From positions 608,001-672,000 of the forward strand of contig CAXXFL010000001.1 of assembly GCA_963674965.2 (NCBI GenBank): 64,000 bases of DNA, given 5' to 3'. The stretch is from a bacterium. Lineage in GTDB: Bacteria; RBG-13-61-14; DATKZS01. The translations under genes and the position numbers were made by a program. The stretch's first letter is position 1. Each line of letters starts with the position of its first letter. Below are positions 62,814-64,000 of the stretch, piece by piece. Under the pieces are notes generated by a model, which had not been told where the DNA came from, made no database searches, and saw only the letters and a program-made list of their open reading frames with translations.

Positions 62814-63143
62814 GAATCGGATAATAAGTTAAAAAATTAAATTGTCCTATGCTTTCAGGCTATAATAACCTGGCCGTGAATCAATGTTCACGATTTGGAA
62901 AACAAATGATAGTAGAATTTACCGGAATCGGCTAACAAAAATTGCACTACAGCGCATTTTGTCATTGCCTTTTGCCGCCAAAGGGCCAATATGCCGCATC
63001 TTTTGCCAATGGAGATCGGATTCATTAAAATGGAATAAAATATTTCAATATTTGCCGATTTCGAGAAATTAATTCCCGTAAATGACACTGAAAACAAAAA
63101 ATCATGGGGATCCCCATGTCATCTGATCTTCCGGCTGATCTGA

Positions 63144-63638
63144 TCAATGGGCCGTATCGAGGAGGTTGTGGCCGGGGCCGAAGCTGCCGTCGTCGTTCTG
63201 GAGGGTGAAGAGATAGTCCCTGGCGCCCGGGGCAGGCCGGCCCGAGCGGGAAAGGGCCAGGAGGGAGAGGGCCGTCACCCGGATGGAGCCGTAGGAGCCG
63301 TCGGGGAGCTGGAAAGAAAGGAGGTGGGCGGCATTAGTCGGTTCGGGCGCGGCAAGGAGGCGAAAGGAAGCCTCCTCAGCGTTGGCGGGCGAAATCGAGG
63401 CAAGGGAAGAGACGGCGTCCGTGACGTCGTGCCCATGGGCGCCGAGGGCGGCCGCGGCCAGCCCCGACCTCCGCGCGTCCACCACCGCCCCGAACCCGCC
63501 GTTCGGACCCGCCGCGCCCCGAAGCCACTCAATCCCAGCGGTAACCGCCGGGTCCTCCTCGGCCAGGCCCGGGAAAATCGGGAGCAAGATTAGCGCCTCG
63601 CAAGTGATCAAAAGCCATAATAACGATTTCAGTTTCAT
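63144..63638 (-). pseudogene. Secreted prenyltransferase/squalene-oxidase-repeat protein, apparently truncated at its 3' end
   Basis: Signal peptide, WL....NGGFG, Q.PDGSYG, QNDDGSFG repeats; stops abruptly at a CTGATC-repeat junction. Confidence 0.55.
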
Positions 63639-63662
63639 TCTTCAGCCCCTAATGTTTTTGCT

Positions 63663-64000
63663 CTAATTATTCTTTACTTTTTTTATTGCGTATATCATAT
63701 TTACAAGAAATATAATTCCAAGGAAATAACTTACTATTAATACGATGTTTTCATTAATGCCTATTTTACTTGTATAAATAGCTTTTGGGTTAATTTCACG
63801 TAATGTATTTATTGATGCTACAGGTGGATAATAATAAAACGTAAATAGCATTGTTGTATATAGCACGATATGACTCATGGTCATAAATAGCATTGTGTGA
63901 AATATTTTTTTTGAATATGAGTAATGTAAAATAAATATGCTAGTCCAGCAAAGAAGCATAGAATGAATCAGAAATGATATTGGAGAATAATTGCTATTCG
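63663..64000 (-). CDS. AT-rich membrane protein, partial (frame open to the window edge)
   Basis: Hydrophobic ORF; no stop between 63959 and 63998 in this frame. Confidence 0.55.
   Translation of the reverse strand, partial: NSNYSPISFLIHSMLLCWTSIFILHYSYSKKIFHTMLFMTMSHIVLYTTMLFTFYYYPPVASINTLREINPKAIYTSKIGINENIVLIVSYFLGIIFLVNMIYAIKKVKNN

Overview
A GC-rich bacterial chromosomal window with a Deltaproteobacteria-like gene repertoire (inferred from gene content). Housekeeping blocks are cysE-spoIID-GGDEF-queA-tgt-yajC-secD-secF-DUF456-recJ and a complete phoB-phoR-porin-pstSCAB-phoU locus. Accessory metabolism includes an ArsA/GET3 ATPase with a GbsR-type regulator, an acyl-CoA ligase, a 2-hydroxyacyl-CoA dehydratase, MaoC, an octaheme HAO-like cytochrome with a NapC/NirT partner, two tandem linalool dehydratase/isomerase-like genes, anSME and a ceramidase-like gene. 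A 2028-aa surface lipoprotein carries about 26 acidic Cys repeats and two FGE-fold domains. Three AT-rich inserts are present: an SF1 helicase-PLD fusion (candidate defence gene), an IS3-interrupted islet after phoU holding a hidden Cys-His-Asp ORF fragment and a pilin-like gene, and a partial membrane gene at the right edge. The most unusual signal is a family of small non-coding elements with TCTGGGGACA-type ends. These ends are reiterated as nested truncated copies at 7.9 kb and 20.3-20.8 kb (weakly at 63.1 kb), and at the first two loci they sit next to a duplication of the 3' end of a neighbouring host gene. All protein assignments come from motif recognition only; no database searches were run.
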